From the NCBI GenBank assembly GCA_032718475.1, contig JAUCBJ010002228.1, positions 1 through 44,484 of the forward strand: a DNA stretch of 44,484 bases. Reading direction: 5' to 3'. The notes beneath the pieces were generated by a model that saw only the letters and a program-made list of their open reading frames with translations, was not told where the DNA came from and searched no databases. Both the position numbers and the translations under genes were made by a program. Origin of the DNA: Nemertoderma westbladi. Lineage: Eukaryota > Animalia > Xenacoelomorpha. How positions within the stretch are numbered: the stretch's first letter is position 1; each line of letters begins with the position of its first letter. Of the stretch, positions 1 to 11,687 are shown in pieces.

Positions 1-1734
1 AACTAATTCACGATAGGCATAAGGAATTGTTCTTGCACCTCTGATGCAGAAAGGTTCAGCATCTGATTTCAATTCTATATGCAACGGATCACCCACTATT
101 GGGCCTTTCATTGTTTTTAATTCACCACCTTTATCAAAGACATCGGTATATATTTCAAATAATTTAGTAATAATTGTTTCCTTCTCTTGATCAGATGGTT
201 GGGAAGGGATGGTGTTTAATAGTTTTCTCCTATCATCTAATGAGAAAATGTAATTTTGGATGTCTTGATTGGTGTTAGGCAATGAATGAGTGGTATCTGT
301 TGCAAAAACAGGGGCTCTTAATGGAATTGGAATAGGGAAATTTGCAGGAATAATACCTAAATTCTTACACACATCTTTTGACAAATAAACTCCTTTAATA
401 TCAAAACAGAATATGAACTGTTCTATGGTTGATCTACCATAAGTATTCAATTTAAAGTTACGAACTCCAGCTTGTGCGAGTTCACTACCATTGACTGAAA
501 CTAAATGAATTCGAGGTCCTACCTCTAATAGTTCATTACCAAGTCCCAGATGTTCCAGGAAGTCTAAGCCAGCAACTGTTTTCTTTGCACCTGTATCAGG
601 ATTGCACGCATAATTCCCGTACAGTTTTTCACTCACAGGATCTATGAAACTAATTTCCAAAAGATCAGTTTCATAGTTTGATGCCACTATAATAGAAAGA
701 ATATCGACACCAGCGCTCTTTGGTGGTTGGTTGTCGTGTTTCTTAGGTGATGCTCGGCAAACATTTCTAAAATGACCAGACACCTGACAATTATGACATG
801 TCTTTCCAGCAGCTGGACAAACATACCCTTTAGTATGCTGTGGTCGCCCACACCGACCACACTTAGGCCCAGCAACTTTAGGTGCAGTTGTTGTTCCCTT
901 GGAATCCTGTTTCGCAGTTGACTCATTCTCCTGCTTGCGAAGCTTTTGTTTCCTATAATTTGTTTTTGGTCTACTAGCTGCAACCAAATTTTCTTTATTA
1001 TGGCCAATACCAGTAGGAGATGTTTTCACTCCTCTGTGATTTTTTGCCATTTCCTCTGCTAATAAAAATTTCAGAGTACCGGATAGATCCATTCGAGGAA
1101 TCTGTGCTAGTAATTTTTGTCTAATTTCCTCATCATCAAGACCTAGTGTAAGAATGGCTATCGTCAAATGGTCTGGGTCAATTACACCAACAAAAGCACG
1201 TAGCTCCAACAACGACGAATAAAATGTAGCCATAGTTCTCCCATTTTGGCGATGAGTCAATAAACTGAGCCAGTCTGAATTAATATTTCTCTGGCCACGA
1301 AGAAATTCTTTGATTCTAGTTTGAACCTGTTCAACATTGTCCCCAGTAGTTTTTTCGATACCAATAACATGGCGAACTTGATGCATGAAACCTGGTGAAA
1401 AATAGGACCAAAATGTTGCTAATTGGGTTTCTCTTGGTGATTTGTTGAGATTGGTCACAATGTAATAATTGTCCCAAATCTCCAACCATGACACAAACCG
1501 TTTATAATCCACATCCGCCTCAATCGTAGGTGGATGTTTAATGGATTGTCGTGGGGCGTTTACTGGAATTTGTGAACCATTTACACCTACTTGTGAAACA
1601 TGTGAATCATGTACCGGTAGGCCTACCCGGCGGTTGCTACTAGCATTGACAGAATAATCGTTACAGAGGCCTAAAACGATGATCTGTAAATCATTGAAAC
1701 GCATTTCAGTACTAAAAATATCGGCTTCTTCCTT
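1..1734 (-). mobile_element. Ty3/Gypsy-type LTR retrotransposon gag-pol (gag, two CCHC knuckles, aspartic protease, start of RT); partial at both ends
   Basis: Segments translated by hand share one minus frame (absent from the ORF track, probably because it runs off the window edge): gag-like RFVSWLEIWDNYY (~1460-1500), CGRCGRPQHTKGYVCPAAGKTCHNCQVSGHFRNVC (~755-865), protease ACNPDTGAKKTV (~575-610), RT N-terminal LHIELKSDAEPFCIRGARTIPYAYRELV (1-85). The frame is open up to the adapter at 1735. Confidence 0.9.
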
Positions 1735-1830
1735 AGTACTCTGCGTTGATACCACTGCTTATCTCTCTCTATCAACAACAACGTTGTTGATGATAGAGAG
1801 AGATAAGCAGTGGTATCAACGCAGAGTACT
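1735..1830. other. Sequencing-library artefact: inverted amplification adapters around a PacBio SMRTbell-like hairpin
   Basis: 1805-1830 = AAGCAGTGGTATCAACGCAGAGTACT (SMART / PacBio low-input amplification adapter) and 1735-1760 is its exact reverse complement. Between them lies ATCTCTCTC...CAACAACAAC GTTGTTG...GAGAGAGAT, matching SMRTbell adapter ends. Confidence 0.95.
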
Positions 1831-1865
1831 GTCCTGATACTAAAAGAAACACAAACTGATATTCG

Positions 1866-3129
1866 TGAACCGACAGACTACCGGCACTAGTTTTCATGCC
1901 AGTTTTAATCCCGAACCGACTGACTACCAGTTTTTATCCCGAACCGACTGACTGCCAGTTTTTATCCCGAACCGACAGACTACCAGTTTTTATCCCGAAC
2001 CGACTGACTGCCAGTTTTTATCCCGAACCGACAGACTACCGGTACTAGTTTTTATCCTGAACCGACTACCAGTTTTTATCCCGAACCGACTGACTACCAG
2101 TCTTTATCCCGAACCGACTGACTACCAGTTTTTATCCCGAACCAACTGACCGCCATTTTTTATCCCGAACCGTCTGACTACCAGTTTTATCCCAAACCGA
2201 CTGACTACCAGTTTTTATCCCGAACCGACTGACTACCAGTTTTTATCCCAAACCGACTGACTACCAGTTTTTACCCCGAACCGACTGACTACCAGTTTTT
2301 ATCCCGAACCGACTGACTACCAGTCTTTATCCCGAACCGACTGACTACCAGTTTTTATCCCGAACCAACTATGACCGCCATTTTTTATCCCGAACCGACT
2401 GACTACCAGTTTTTATCCCGAACCGACTGACTACCAGTTTTTATCCCGAACCGACTGACTACCAGTTTTTATCCCAAACCGACTGACTACCAGTTTTTAC
2501 CCCGAACCGACTGACTACCAGTTTTTATCCCGAACCGACTGACTAACAGTTTTTATCCCAAACCGACTGACTACCAGTTTTTATCCCGAACCAACTGACT
2601 ACCAGTTTTTATCCCGAACCGACTGACTAACAGTTTTTATCCCGAACTGACTGACTACCAGTTTTTATCCCAAACCGACTGACTACCAGTTTTTATCCCG
2701 AACCGACTGACTACCAGTTTTTATCCCGAACCGACTGACTACCAGTTTTTATCCCGAACTGACTGACTACCAGTTTTTATCCCGAACCGACTGACTACCA
2801 GTTTTTATCCCGAACCGACTGACTACCAATTTTATCCCTAACCGACTGACTACCAGTTTTTATCCCGAACCGACTGACTACCAGTTTTTATCCCGAACCG
2901 ACTGACTACCAGTTTTTATCCCGAACCAACTGACTACCAGTTTTTATCCCAAACCGACTGACTGCCAGTTTTTATCCCGAACCGACTGAGTACCAGTTTT
3001 TATCCCGAACCGACTGACACCAGTTTTTATCCCGAACCGACCGACACCAGTTTTTATCCCGAACTGACTGACTACCAGTTTTTATCCCGAACTGACTGAC
3101 TAACAGTTTTTATCCCGAACAGACTGACC
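1866..3129. repeat. 28-bp minisatellite (CCGAACCGACTGACTACCAGTTTTTATC)n, roughly 44 copies
   Basis: Directly visible tandem array with few substitutions and no unique spacers. Confidence 0.95.
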
Positions 3130-3854
3130 TTCAACCAACTACCCCGTTCTCTACTCTGGACCAACTAACATACAAACTAACTACCCTGTTCTCTACCTTG
3201 GACCACTACTGTAACTACCAGATCATCTACCAATGACTAATTCCCCTCTGCCCTTCCCCCAACTGACAACAGAGACAGATATAGGTTGGTACGAGTTATG
3301 CACAAACGGGCAGAATTTATCTTCCTACGATAACGCCTGTCTCCCAATCATTTAATTAACTCATTATTATTATGATATAATAATACAGTACTTCCAAATT
3401 CGCCCTTTCTATTGTTCTCATTATTGTTCACGGGCCTAGCGGCCCGTGAAGCAAGTCGTAGGAGACAATACGAGTCAAGTAAAAGCTTTTTGTTCTGTCT
3501 GATAAATCAATTAGTGTGAGGGTAGTCCCGGTGGTGTACGAAAAATTTTCTAGTCAACTTCAAACTATAATTATTATGTTGTAATTGTTAATCAATTATA
3601 AAAGCTGTTGTGATTATAGAAGATAGAGAGCAGTTAGCGAAATGATTATTTTATTCTATCGGATAGAGTAGTCGGAGTCTCAGAGAGGAGTCGAGGTGTC
3701 AATTGATTCATAATAATAACAGCAGTTGTCATAAATTCAATACAATCGCGCACAAGAAGTGATAAGACAAATTCGTTCTTATTTTTGTAATAAATAAAAC
3801 AAGTTGAGATGTTTCAATGTAAACCGCGATTAACAATTTACATTGTTCAATGTA

Positions 3855-4107
3855 CAAGCAAAAAAAGCAAACAGTCGGCCGAAGCCGGAGGCAACCCGAA
3901 GGCTCCTCTTTCGATAGCTGCTACCCGAGGGTAGGGGTGGGCGCTACTCCTATCCCAAGATTAGCTCCCAGTTATTTAACTGGTACTCATTAACTGGTAC
4001 TCATTTTATCGACCCCAGTGGATGAAAGGCTGAGTGGACCCTGGCGGGGCTGAACCTACAACCAATAGATTGCAGGCCCGGCGCTCAACCAATTGAGCTA
4101 CCCCGCC
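3855..4107 (-). mobile_element. Full-length tRNA-derived SINE with structured 3' tail and 12-bp TSD
   Basis: Minus strand starts GGCGGGGTAGCTCAATTGGTTGAGCG (A box), then GGTTCAGCCCC (B-box-like) and core CTCAGCCTTTCATCCACTGGGGTCGATAAAATGAGTACCAG. The tail has tetraloop hairpins. Direct repeat TTGTTCAATGTA at 3843-3854 and 4108-4119. Confidence 0.85.
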
Positions 4108-4858
4108 TTGTTCAATGTAAACCACGATATTAATTAAATATAACAATTATATTATTATTATAACAGATTTTTATATTTCAAACAATAATGTTAGCCTTAT
4201 GGAGAATCATTTTGAGGCTGAGTAAATATTCAGCCTTATAAGCATACAGCCTCCACAGTATTAATGTTGGCACAAAGATTTCAAAATAAAACAATAATGC
4301 GATGAGAGCTAGAGAGCACAGTACAATCAATACAGTAGTAGCCAACACATTGTGTAACTAACAGTCATTTAGCTTGCACGCCAATTAATTAACATAGCAA
4401 GGATGCATTGGGAAGAGTTATTCAGCTGAGACTGTAATAGCCATAGCTAAACCAGTTAATGTTTTGTTTGATTACTGTCTGGGTTGTATAGTAGAGTGAT
4501 AATAAAACTTGGCAGAGAAAGTACTTCTTTGTTAGTTGCCCTTCCTATTGAATGCATTACCAGGCCATCTCTATACATTTTTATGAGTGCCAGCTGGTGT
4601 TTTATCGTTGCGCCTATGGCAATAAGTACAAATACAAGTGCAATAAGCACAAAAGGTTTGTCTGCATTAATCAAATCTGGAAATGAAAGTTAATGAAATT
4701 GAGGAGCAGATCGAACCAATTGGTTTTACAGTACAATAAACATTATTAAGTTAATAAAGTAAACATTGTAAAAAGATATATTTTGAAATACACCCACCAG
4801 TAGTGTATGTTCGTCAGAAGCTGAGATAAAAGAGAGGACTCGACTCAGTCAAAATTAT

Positions 4859-5000
4859 TTCCTCTCCAGGGGAAAATCGACGCAAATAACAACTGATTAC
4901 TACCAAAAATAAAATTGTATCCTGTTCTATATTGACTTCGTTCTACTGTGCTAACTGCCATAGTTTATTGTTTTGGTTAGAATAACGAGCCACTGTAACC
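4859..5000 (+). repeat. Dispersed repeat family (related copies ~21272-21440 +, ~36770-36940 -, partial ~24255-24395 -)
   Basis: Shared sequence CTCCAGGGGAAAATCGACGCAAATAACAACTGATTACT...TAGTTTATTGTTTTGGTTAGAATAAC recurs at these loci. Confidence 0.7.
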
Positions 5001-5064
5001 ACGGGTCGAGATATTTCTCCCCTGTATCCAGAAGCCATTGGCTTTCATAAATTATTATAAACTA

Positions 5065-5173
5065 TAAGTAGGACACAGCTTTGCTAAGTGGGCAATGACG
5101 TATACAGTAGACGGGATCGAACTGGTGACCTCCGGGTTGGAAGTCGGACGCTCTAACCATTCCGCTAGCGGCT
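5065..5173 (-). mobile_element. Truncated tRNA-derived SINE head
   Basis: Minus strand AGCCGCTAGCGGAATGGTTAGAGCGTCCGACTTCCAACCCGGAGGTCACCAGTTCGATCCCG has A and B boxes but no intact acceptor stem. Confidence 0.6.
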
Positions 5174-5306
5174 AAGGTATTAAGGAAATGGATGAACTCT
5201 ATTATTATGGACACAAACATTTGCCACAGACTTAAATTTCGATCTCAATGAGTATTGTAATAGACCGTTCCTTGTGAAGAACTGTACGTACTGTACATGT
5301 ACGTAC

Positions 5307-5365
5307 ATTTTCATGCAAGAAGTTGAGGTGTACGTCGTACACCTCAAAACGTCTTGCATGAAAAT
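5307..5365. repeat. ~59-bp imperfect palindrome (mini-MITE-like)
   Basis: ATTTTCATGCAAGA..GAGGTGTACG T CGTACACCTC..TCTTGCATGAAAAT. Confidence 0.7.
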
Positions 5366-5768
5366 TTAAAACTTTACTTTGCAAAATAATTACTGTAGTT
5401 TTAATTACTGTAGTTTAACTTATTATGTAACAAAGTAGGCCTAACACTCGAGCTTTGTATAATTTCAATTTCTTAAATGTAATTATTTCCTTATTTTCCT
5501 AATTTCATTCTTTGCCAATATTTTAACTTGCCGCCAGAAAATTTATTGCTAGCATTATATTCAACCTAATAAAATAATAAAAGTAATTAAATATATATTA
5601 TCCATATTAAATATGTCACAATTCTAAAAATAAATTACATCAAATAGTATAACTAATAGTACAGGTGCTAATTCTTAGTTGCCAGGGTGGCCTGTGACGG
5701 ACATTTGTCACATTTAAGTAGTACTTTAAAGTATATATACCGTAATAAATTACATTATTCATTTGCAG

Positions 5769-5897
5769 GTTGCTATGGTACCCAATGTTACGATTGCTCA
5801 AATACTAGAAACACTAATAGCACGGATTGCCCGCAGTGGAAATATAAATCTTGTGGATTTTCTTGGTGTCGGAAAAAGGAGGAAATGTTGTCTACAG
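5769..5897 (+). CDS. Ly6/uPAR (three-finger, LU-domain) GPI-anchored protein, internal exon (N-half of LU domain)
   Basis: Acceptor TTTGCAG|5769, phase 1. Encodes (x)CYGTQCYDCSNTRNTNSTDCPQWKYKSCGFSWCRKKEEMLST with the LU-type CYxC start. Donor CAG|GTGGTA (alternative donor 3 nt later, same phase). The signal-peptide exon was not located. Confidence 0.75.
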
Positions 5898-6210
5898 GTG
5901 GTATATACAGAATATTATTTATTGCGAGGGTAAAAAAAAGTAGAACTTTTTTTCACTATTCTCGGGGCATTTTACTTACCGAGCTCTAGCGAGTTTAATA
6001 AAGGGTCGAGAGAATATTATTTTAAAAGTAAAATGTTCTACGTTTTTTTCCCATGTAATACGTATTTTTTTCTTAACTTGGAAAAGTGCGAAAAAGTAAA
6101 ATTTAAGAATAAAATATTTTATAATATAAGCGTTGTAATTTAATTAGCATTGCGCAACCCAATTGTTAAACTTAACATAACAAAGGAAATAGTAGGCCTA
6201 TACTGTTAAT

Positions 6211-6927
6211 TTCAGGGATAATGACTGTAGAAAGGGTCTAATGCCACGGTTAAGAAAAACAGTTTCTATTTATATGGCCATTTCATCCTCACGGACGTCT
6301 TCAGTAAATAAATTAAAATAACATTAAAACACAATTTATAAACCTAAACCATAATATTAAATTTAACGTTCGGTACAACTAATTATTATGCCACCAAATT
6401 CCGATATAGACAGTATGATAGGATGTATTAGATTAGCATATTTCGATTTATCGTAATACTGTATGTAGGCCTAGAGATAGAATTGTAGGCTACATGTGTT
6501 GTTAAGGTATTAGACCTTCAACTGTTAAAAATTTAAAAAATAAAAAGGGTGCTAAATATATTGTTGGCTCGGTAAAAATAGGTAACAGCAAAATTACGTA
6601 TTTTTAAAAATGGGGTTAACGTTAAAACCATTAAATGATTAAAAATTGTTGGTTCCAATATTAAATCGTTGTTTTACAAATTTACAAATAAAAGTGAGGC
6701 TGGTAAAAAGGTAAAAAAAATTATAAAAATTATTGTTGGTTCTGAAATAAATCATTAAAATATATAATTTAAAAGAAAGAGATAAAAGAGATAAAAGAAA
6801 TGGGCATATAAATAGGAACTGTTTTTCTTAACCGTGGCATTAGACCCTTTCTACAGTCTTATCCCTGAAGTCATAATTATGGATACGCCACGAACGGCAT
6901 CATTTCGACGTCTTTCCCATTTAAATA
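6211..6927 (-). mobile_element. Penelope-like non-autonomous insertion with inverted terminal segment, hammerhead motif and 12-bp TSD
   Basis: 6211-6284 is an inverted copy of 6797-6869. Direct repeat TATACTGTTAAT at 6199-6210 and 6928-6939. Contains the hammerhead at 6267-6310. Confidence 0.65.
6267..6310 (-). ncRNA. Minimal type I hammerhead ribozyme motif
   Basis: Minus: TATTTA CTGAAGA C GTCC-GTGA-GGAT GAA ATGGCCAT A TAAATA. This gives stem I (TATTTA/TAAATA), CUGANGA core, stem II, GAAA, palindromic stem III AUGGCCAU and cleavage triplet AUA. Confidence 0.75.
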
Positions 6928-6959
6928 TATACTGTTAATGGTATAGACGACAGTAGGCC

Positions 6960-7137
6960 TATAGCTCGGTTGGTTGAGCGCCGGGCAAGTTATCTATACT
7001 GGTTGTAGGTTCGAGCCCCGCTGTCCCGTGGTCCACTCTGCCTTTCATCCACAGGGGTCGATAAACACAGAACCAGTTGAATTATTGTTAGCAAAACTTT
7101 GGATAGGAGTAGCGCCCACCCCTACCTTAGGTTAGCA
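6960..7137 (+). mobile_element. tRNA-derived SINE (same family as 3855-4107) whose tail runs into the 36-bp array
   Basis: TAGCTCGGTTGGTTGAGCGCCGGGC...GGTTCGAGCCCCG...GTCCACTCTGCCTTTCATCCACAGGGGTCGATAAA aligns by eye with the minus-strand SINE at 3855-4107. Confidence 0.8.
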
Positions 7138-8423
7138 GATAGGAGTAGAGCCCACCCCTACCTTCGGGTAGCAGATAAGAGTAGCGCCCACCCCTACCTT
7201 CGGGTAGCAGATAGGAGTAGCGCCCAGCCCTACCTTCGGGTAGCAGATAGGAGTAGCGCCCACCCCTACCTTAGGGTAGCAGATAGGAGTAGCGCCCACC
7301 CCTACCTCCGGGTAGCAGATAGGAGTAGCGCCCACCCCTACCTTCGGGTAGCAGATAGGAGTAGCGCCCACCCCTACCTTAGGTTAGCAGATAGGAGTAG
7401 CGCCCACCCCTACCTCCGGGTAGCAGATAGGAGTAGCGCCCACCCCTACCTCCGGGTAGCAGATAGGAGTAGCGCCCACCCCTACCTTCGCGTAGCAGAT
7501 AGGAGTAGCGCCCACCCCTACCTTAGGTTAGCAGATAGGAGTAGCGCCCACCCCTACCTCCGGGTAGCAGATAGGAGTAGCGCCCACCCCTACCTTCGGG
7601 TAGCAGATAGGAGTAGCGCCCACCCCTACCTCCGGGTAGCAGATAGGAGTAGCGCCCACCCCTACCTTCGGGTAGCAGATAGGAGTAACACCCACCCTTA
7701 CCTTCGGGTAGCAGATAGGAGTAATGCCCACCCCTACCTTCGGGTAGCAGATAGGAGTAGCGCCCACCCCTACCTTCGGGTAGCAGATAGGAGAAGCGCC
7801 CATCCCTACCTTCGGGTAGCAGATAGGAGTAGCGCCCACCCCTACCTTCGGGTAGCAGATAGGAGAAGCGCCCACCCCTACCTTCGGGTAGCAGATAGGA
7901 GTAGCGCCCACCCTTACCTTCGGGTAGCTGATAGGAGTAGCGCCCACCCCTACCTTCGGGTAGCAGATAAGAGTAGCGCCCACCCCTGGAGAAGCGCCCA
8001 CCCCTACCTTCGGGTAGCAGATAGGAGTAGCGCCCACCCCTACCTTCGGGTAGCAGATAGGAGTAGCGCCCACCCCTACCTTCGGGTAGCAGATAAGAGT
8101 AGCGCCCACCCCTGGAGAAGCGCCCACCCCTACCTTCGGGTAGCAGATAGGAGTAGCGCCCACCCCTACCTTCGGGTAGCAGATAGGAGTAGCGCCCACC
8201 CCTACCTTCGGGTAGCAGATAAGAGTAGCACCCACCCCTGGAGAAGCGCCCACCCCTACCTTCGGGTAGCAGATAGGAGTAGCGCCCACCCCTACCTTCG
8301 GGTAGCATATAGGAGTAGCGCCCACCTCTACCTTCGGGTAGCAGATAAGAGTAGCGCCCACCCCTGGAGAAGCGCCCACCCCTACCTTCGGGTAGCAGAT
8401 AGGAGTAGCGCACACCTCTACCT
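7102..8423. repeat. 36-bp minisatellite (GATAGGAGTAGCGCCCACCCCTACCTTCGGGTAGCA)n, ~37 units, with a 126-bp higher-order repeat in the 3' part
   Basis: Visible array. The half-unit variant CCCTGGAGAAGCG recurs at ~7986, 8112, 8238 and 8364 (period 126). Confidence 0.95.
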
Positions 8424-9594
8424 AACTAACTCTACTTAACATGTCCAAAATTATATTACATAAAAATTACATAATTTACAAAATTTAATTTCAATATAGC
8501 CAATAATTATGTTACAAATTGATAAGTGATGGTTATCCTTTGATTTATATAAAAAAAACTCTGGCACGACAAGAAAATAAACCTTGGTCCGATCTGAAAA
8601 TATATTTTTCTTGGCCCCTGGGAGGAAAAATTTATGTAATTTATCTTTGGTACGCAACGGGTTAAAACCAGTAATAAATATTGCACCCTGGGGACGTTTG
8701 TTAGTACCTTATGCCACCAATTTAATATGATATTATAATTTAATATAATAATAATGTGTAAAAATAAACGTACAGACACTGAAATTTGTTTAAGGTGTGA
8801 GAAATAAGGCAATTGTATATGAAATTGTTAAATTACAGGCAGGGACATGGTATTACAGGCTGGAAAATGTTCTTTGGTATGTTGAAATAAAATCAAAGAC
8901 CTTAGTATTAAGCTCGACCAATAGCACCATTGAATTCAGCAATTAAAAGAGGTCTCCGAATTTATATAGATTACCACATTTTTATGAAATTCATTATTAA
9001 CATAGTTTTAGCGACTTTATAATTTTTATTTTTTTTATAATTAGCCACTTTTTATTGTGTTGGAATCACCCGTAAGGAATTTTAAGACTAAAATATCCCA
9101 CTGACCGGCAAATAAACTTGACGGTTGAACTATAGTATGGAGAGACGGACCTCTTATTGGTTAGTTCTGAAGGTTTCATTCAGTAACCTAGTCAACGAGT
9201 ACCTCCAAACACTACTGTATTTATGTATAGAAATTGTTAGAAATTACTTTTGGATAAGTAAATAAATAAAACAATAAACCCCCCATAAACATCTTTTGAG
9301 AAAAGCTCGCCCGAATAAACGTACAGTACGGATGATTATTAATATTACAACGTTACATTAATAATACAAGATTTGTTATTACTATTTGTATTGCAGTAAT
9401 TACCGAGTCTAGCCGCTTATACGTACTTTACTGGATACTGGGTGGATACTGGTGGGTTATATAACTTCAATCACCGCTACGAGTATTTCGTAAATAAAAT
9501 AAATAATTCCTACATAAACCGGTATAATTCAAAATTCAGATCAAATAAAATCTAGAACATAAAGGGACCCGTCTCCGATTCTCAGGACATTATT

Positions 9595-9780
9595 TTCGCC
9601 GTCAAGACCAGCCAGTGCATAAACTTGTGCTTTGGCAACCTCATGGAGTGAGTAAGCATTGTGGACAACAGCCCATGACTTTCTTGCGACGCATCTTAAA
9701 TGACACTGGCCTTGAAGATGAAGAAAACAATGTGTGATGCGGCGTGTGGCGACGCAATTAATATTATGGTGCATGCCGAT
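9595..9780 (+). mobile_element. Degraded 3' fragment of the RTE-like LINE family found at 26357-28206
   Basis: TTTCGCCGTCAAGACCAGCCAGTGCATAAACTTGTGCTTTGGCAACCTCATGGAGTG...GCATGCCGAT matches 27965-28196. Confidence 0.85.
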
Positions 9781-10149
9781 TAAAAAATATCATTCTAGGT
9801 AGCCACCACCCCCATTACTCAAATCATCTACCGGCCCACCTCACCCATTATGCCGGAGAGTTCACATCACACATTAAACCCAAAAGAAAAACAAAAGTAA
9901 AGTTTTCTTCGGTCGTTAGGGCAGATATTACGCAGTCTGGCGACTTACTTCCAGTGTGCGGTCCCCCCATAGTACTATACTCCATGAAATTACAACAGAA
10001 CTATATGAATGAATATTACACTCAAAAATATCTTATCCGAATCATTATGGTATTTTTGAATAAGTACCAATGTGGCACAAAAAATACAAGTACTGTGTTG
10101 ATACAAGTACCGGTACAAATTGGAAATAAATGTCATGGTTAGACCTCGT

Positions 10150-10680
10150 ACCAAACTATCTATCACGATCAGCGACCTCGAAAACTCCCGTAGCCCCGGA
10201 CTTCAGAAATATCAAACAAAAATCAATTTTTGTCAGTTTGAAATTTCATGCTACTGTACTTGACTTCTTCATCCCACCAGACAGGAACCAAAAACGATAA
10301 CGTTGTGATACCATGAAAAATTGTTAACGAGTTGAATCTTGATAAGCGACCTTGAAAACCCATGTATCTCCGGAATAATCCAACCAAAGACAAAACTTTA
10401 CTATTTGAGAGATTTGTCACTTGTACATTTCATGATGGGACATCAGATAGGCCCAAAAATGGTGGTTGCTCATTAGCAGAATTTTTTTAAATAATCTCAT
10501 CGTGATCAGCGGAAAACCTTCGGAATTATCCAAATACAACATTTTTTAGTTTGAAATTTCTTCTACTTTGTATTTTTCAGCCTAGGGAACCAGAATGGCA
10601 TCAAAAATGATGGTTGCAATGCCAGAAAATATTTTTAACGTGATCGTTTTATCGTGATCAGTGACATGACCCTTATATCG
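10150..10680. repeat. Degenerate ~150-180-bp tandem repeat, possibly Helitron/Helentron-associated
   Basis: Motif (T)CGTGATCAGCGACCTCGAAAAC recurs near 10165, 10341, 10501 and 10653, with a related motif at ~16262. Confidence 0.45.
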
Positions 10681-11687
10681 TCACAATTGTAATCTTTCCA
10701 TTAAGAATTTTAATTAATTAATTTTAATTAATTTTAATTTAATTAATAATTTCTAATATGACCCGGGCCGATTACGTAGTAAAAATATCCCGGGCCAGAT
10801 AGGGTTAAGAATACACCTGGATGCAAACACGACTCCTGATGCCAACACGTCCTGGTACTGGTACTGACACCTTGTACACCAACATTCAGAGAACATTGTT
10901 TAATAATATGAATATTCCCATTTCATATCCGTTATCTACTTATGAGGCCTATACGTTATTGAAAAAGGTCCATTAAGGGCACCTGATTGCAACTGAAAAT
11001 AATAAAATTTCTTATAGTTTAAGGCTACAATTCCGTTTGTATTAACATTATCAGTGAATGAAAAAAAGTAAATTACAAACACATTGCGAAAATTGCACTG
11101 TGTATAGCGTTATTATGATTCTCGTTTTCTTATAACAGTCGCTGAACCTCGTGTAATAAACACACTCGGGTCTGAACGCTAAAAAGTGCTACATTTCACA
11201 AAAGCACAAAAGTTTAATAGTTAATTTTGTTGTTTATATGAAATATTTACATTATTTTTATTTTCATTCATTGTTTGGCAAACAATTTATTTTTTAAAAA
11301 TTTCATTTTGAAAATTTCTGGTGCCCAAAATATCATATTTTATTTTTCGTTGATCCACGCGTGAGAAACATGCTAAATTACTTTCCATTCAAAATATCAA
11401 TCCATTCTGTTGAACCAATTCCCCGAAGATGCACATTAAACGCATTGAGAAACGCCTAACAGACACCGTAACTGCTGTACTGCAGCTGCTATTAAAACTT
11501 TTACTTTCTAAAACTATGTAGGTACCGTAACGGTACCGTTTACGCTACCCAAAACGATCCCAATAACAATGATTGGGACAAAAATATACAATTATCTAAA
11601 CAAGGCGACATAATATGTGTTCCAAGTAAAAACAATATTAATTAATAGTAAATATGTAGGTAGACAGTATAAAATTTGTATTCTATT

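Noticed and set aside
1735-1830. Biological 96-bp palindrome (hairpin telomere, spliced leader or pre-miRNA)
   Set aside because: Matches commercial library adapters.
1866-3129. CRISPR-like array (28-bp repeats)
   Set aside because: No unique spacers, no cas genes, eukaryotic context.
7099-8439. 446-, 296- and 295-aa repetitive ORFs
   Set aside because: By-products of a stop-free 36-bp SINE-derived minisatellite; open on both strands and mostly without a proper ATG.
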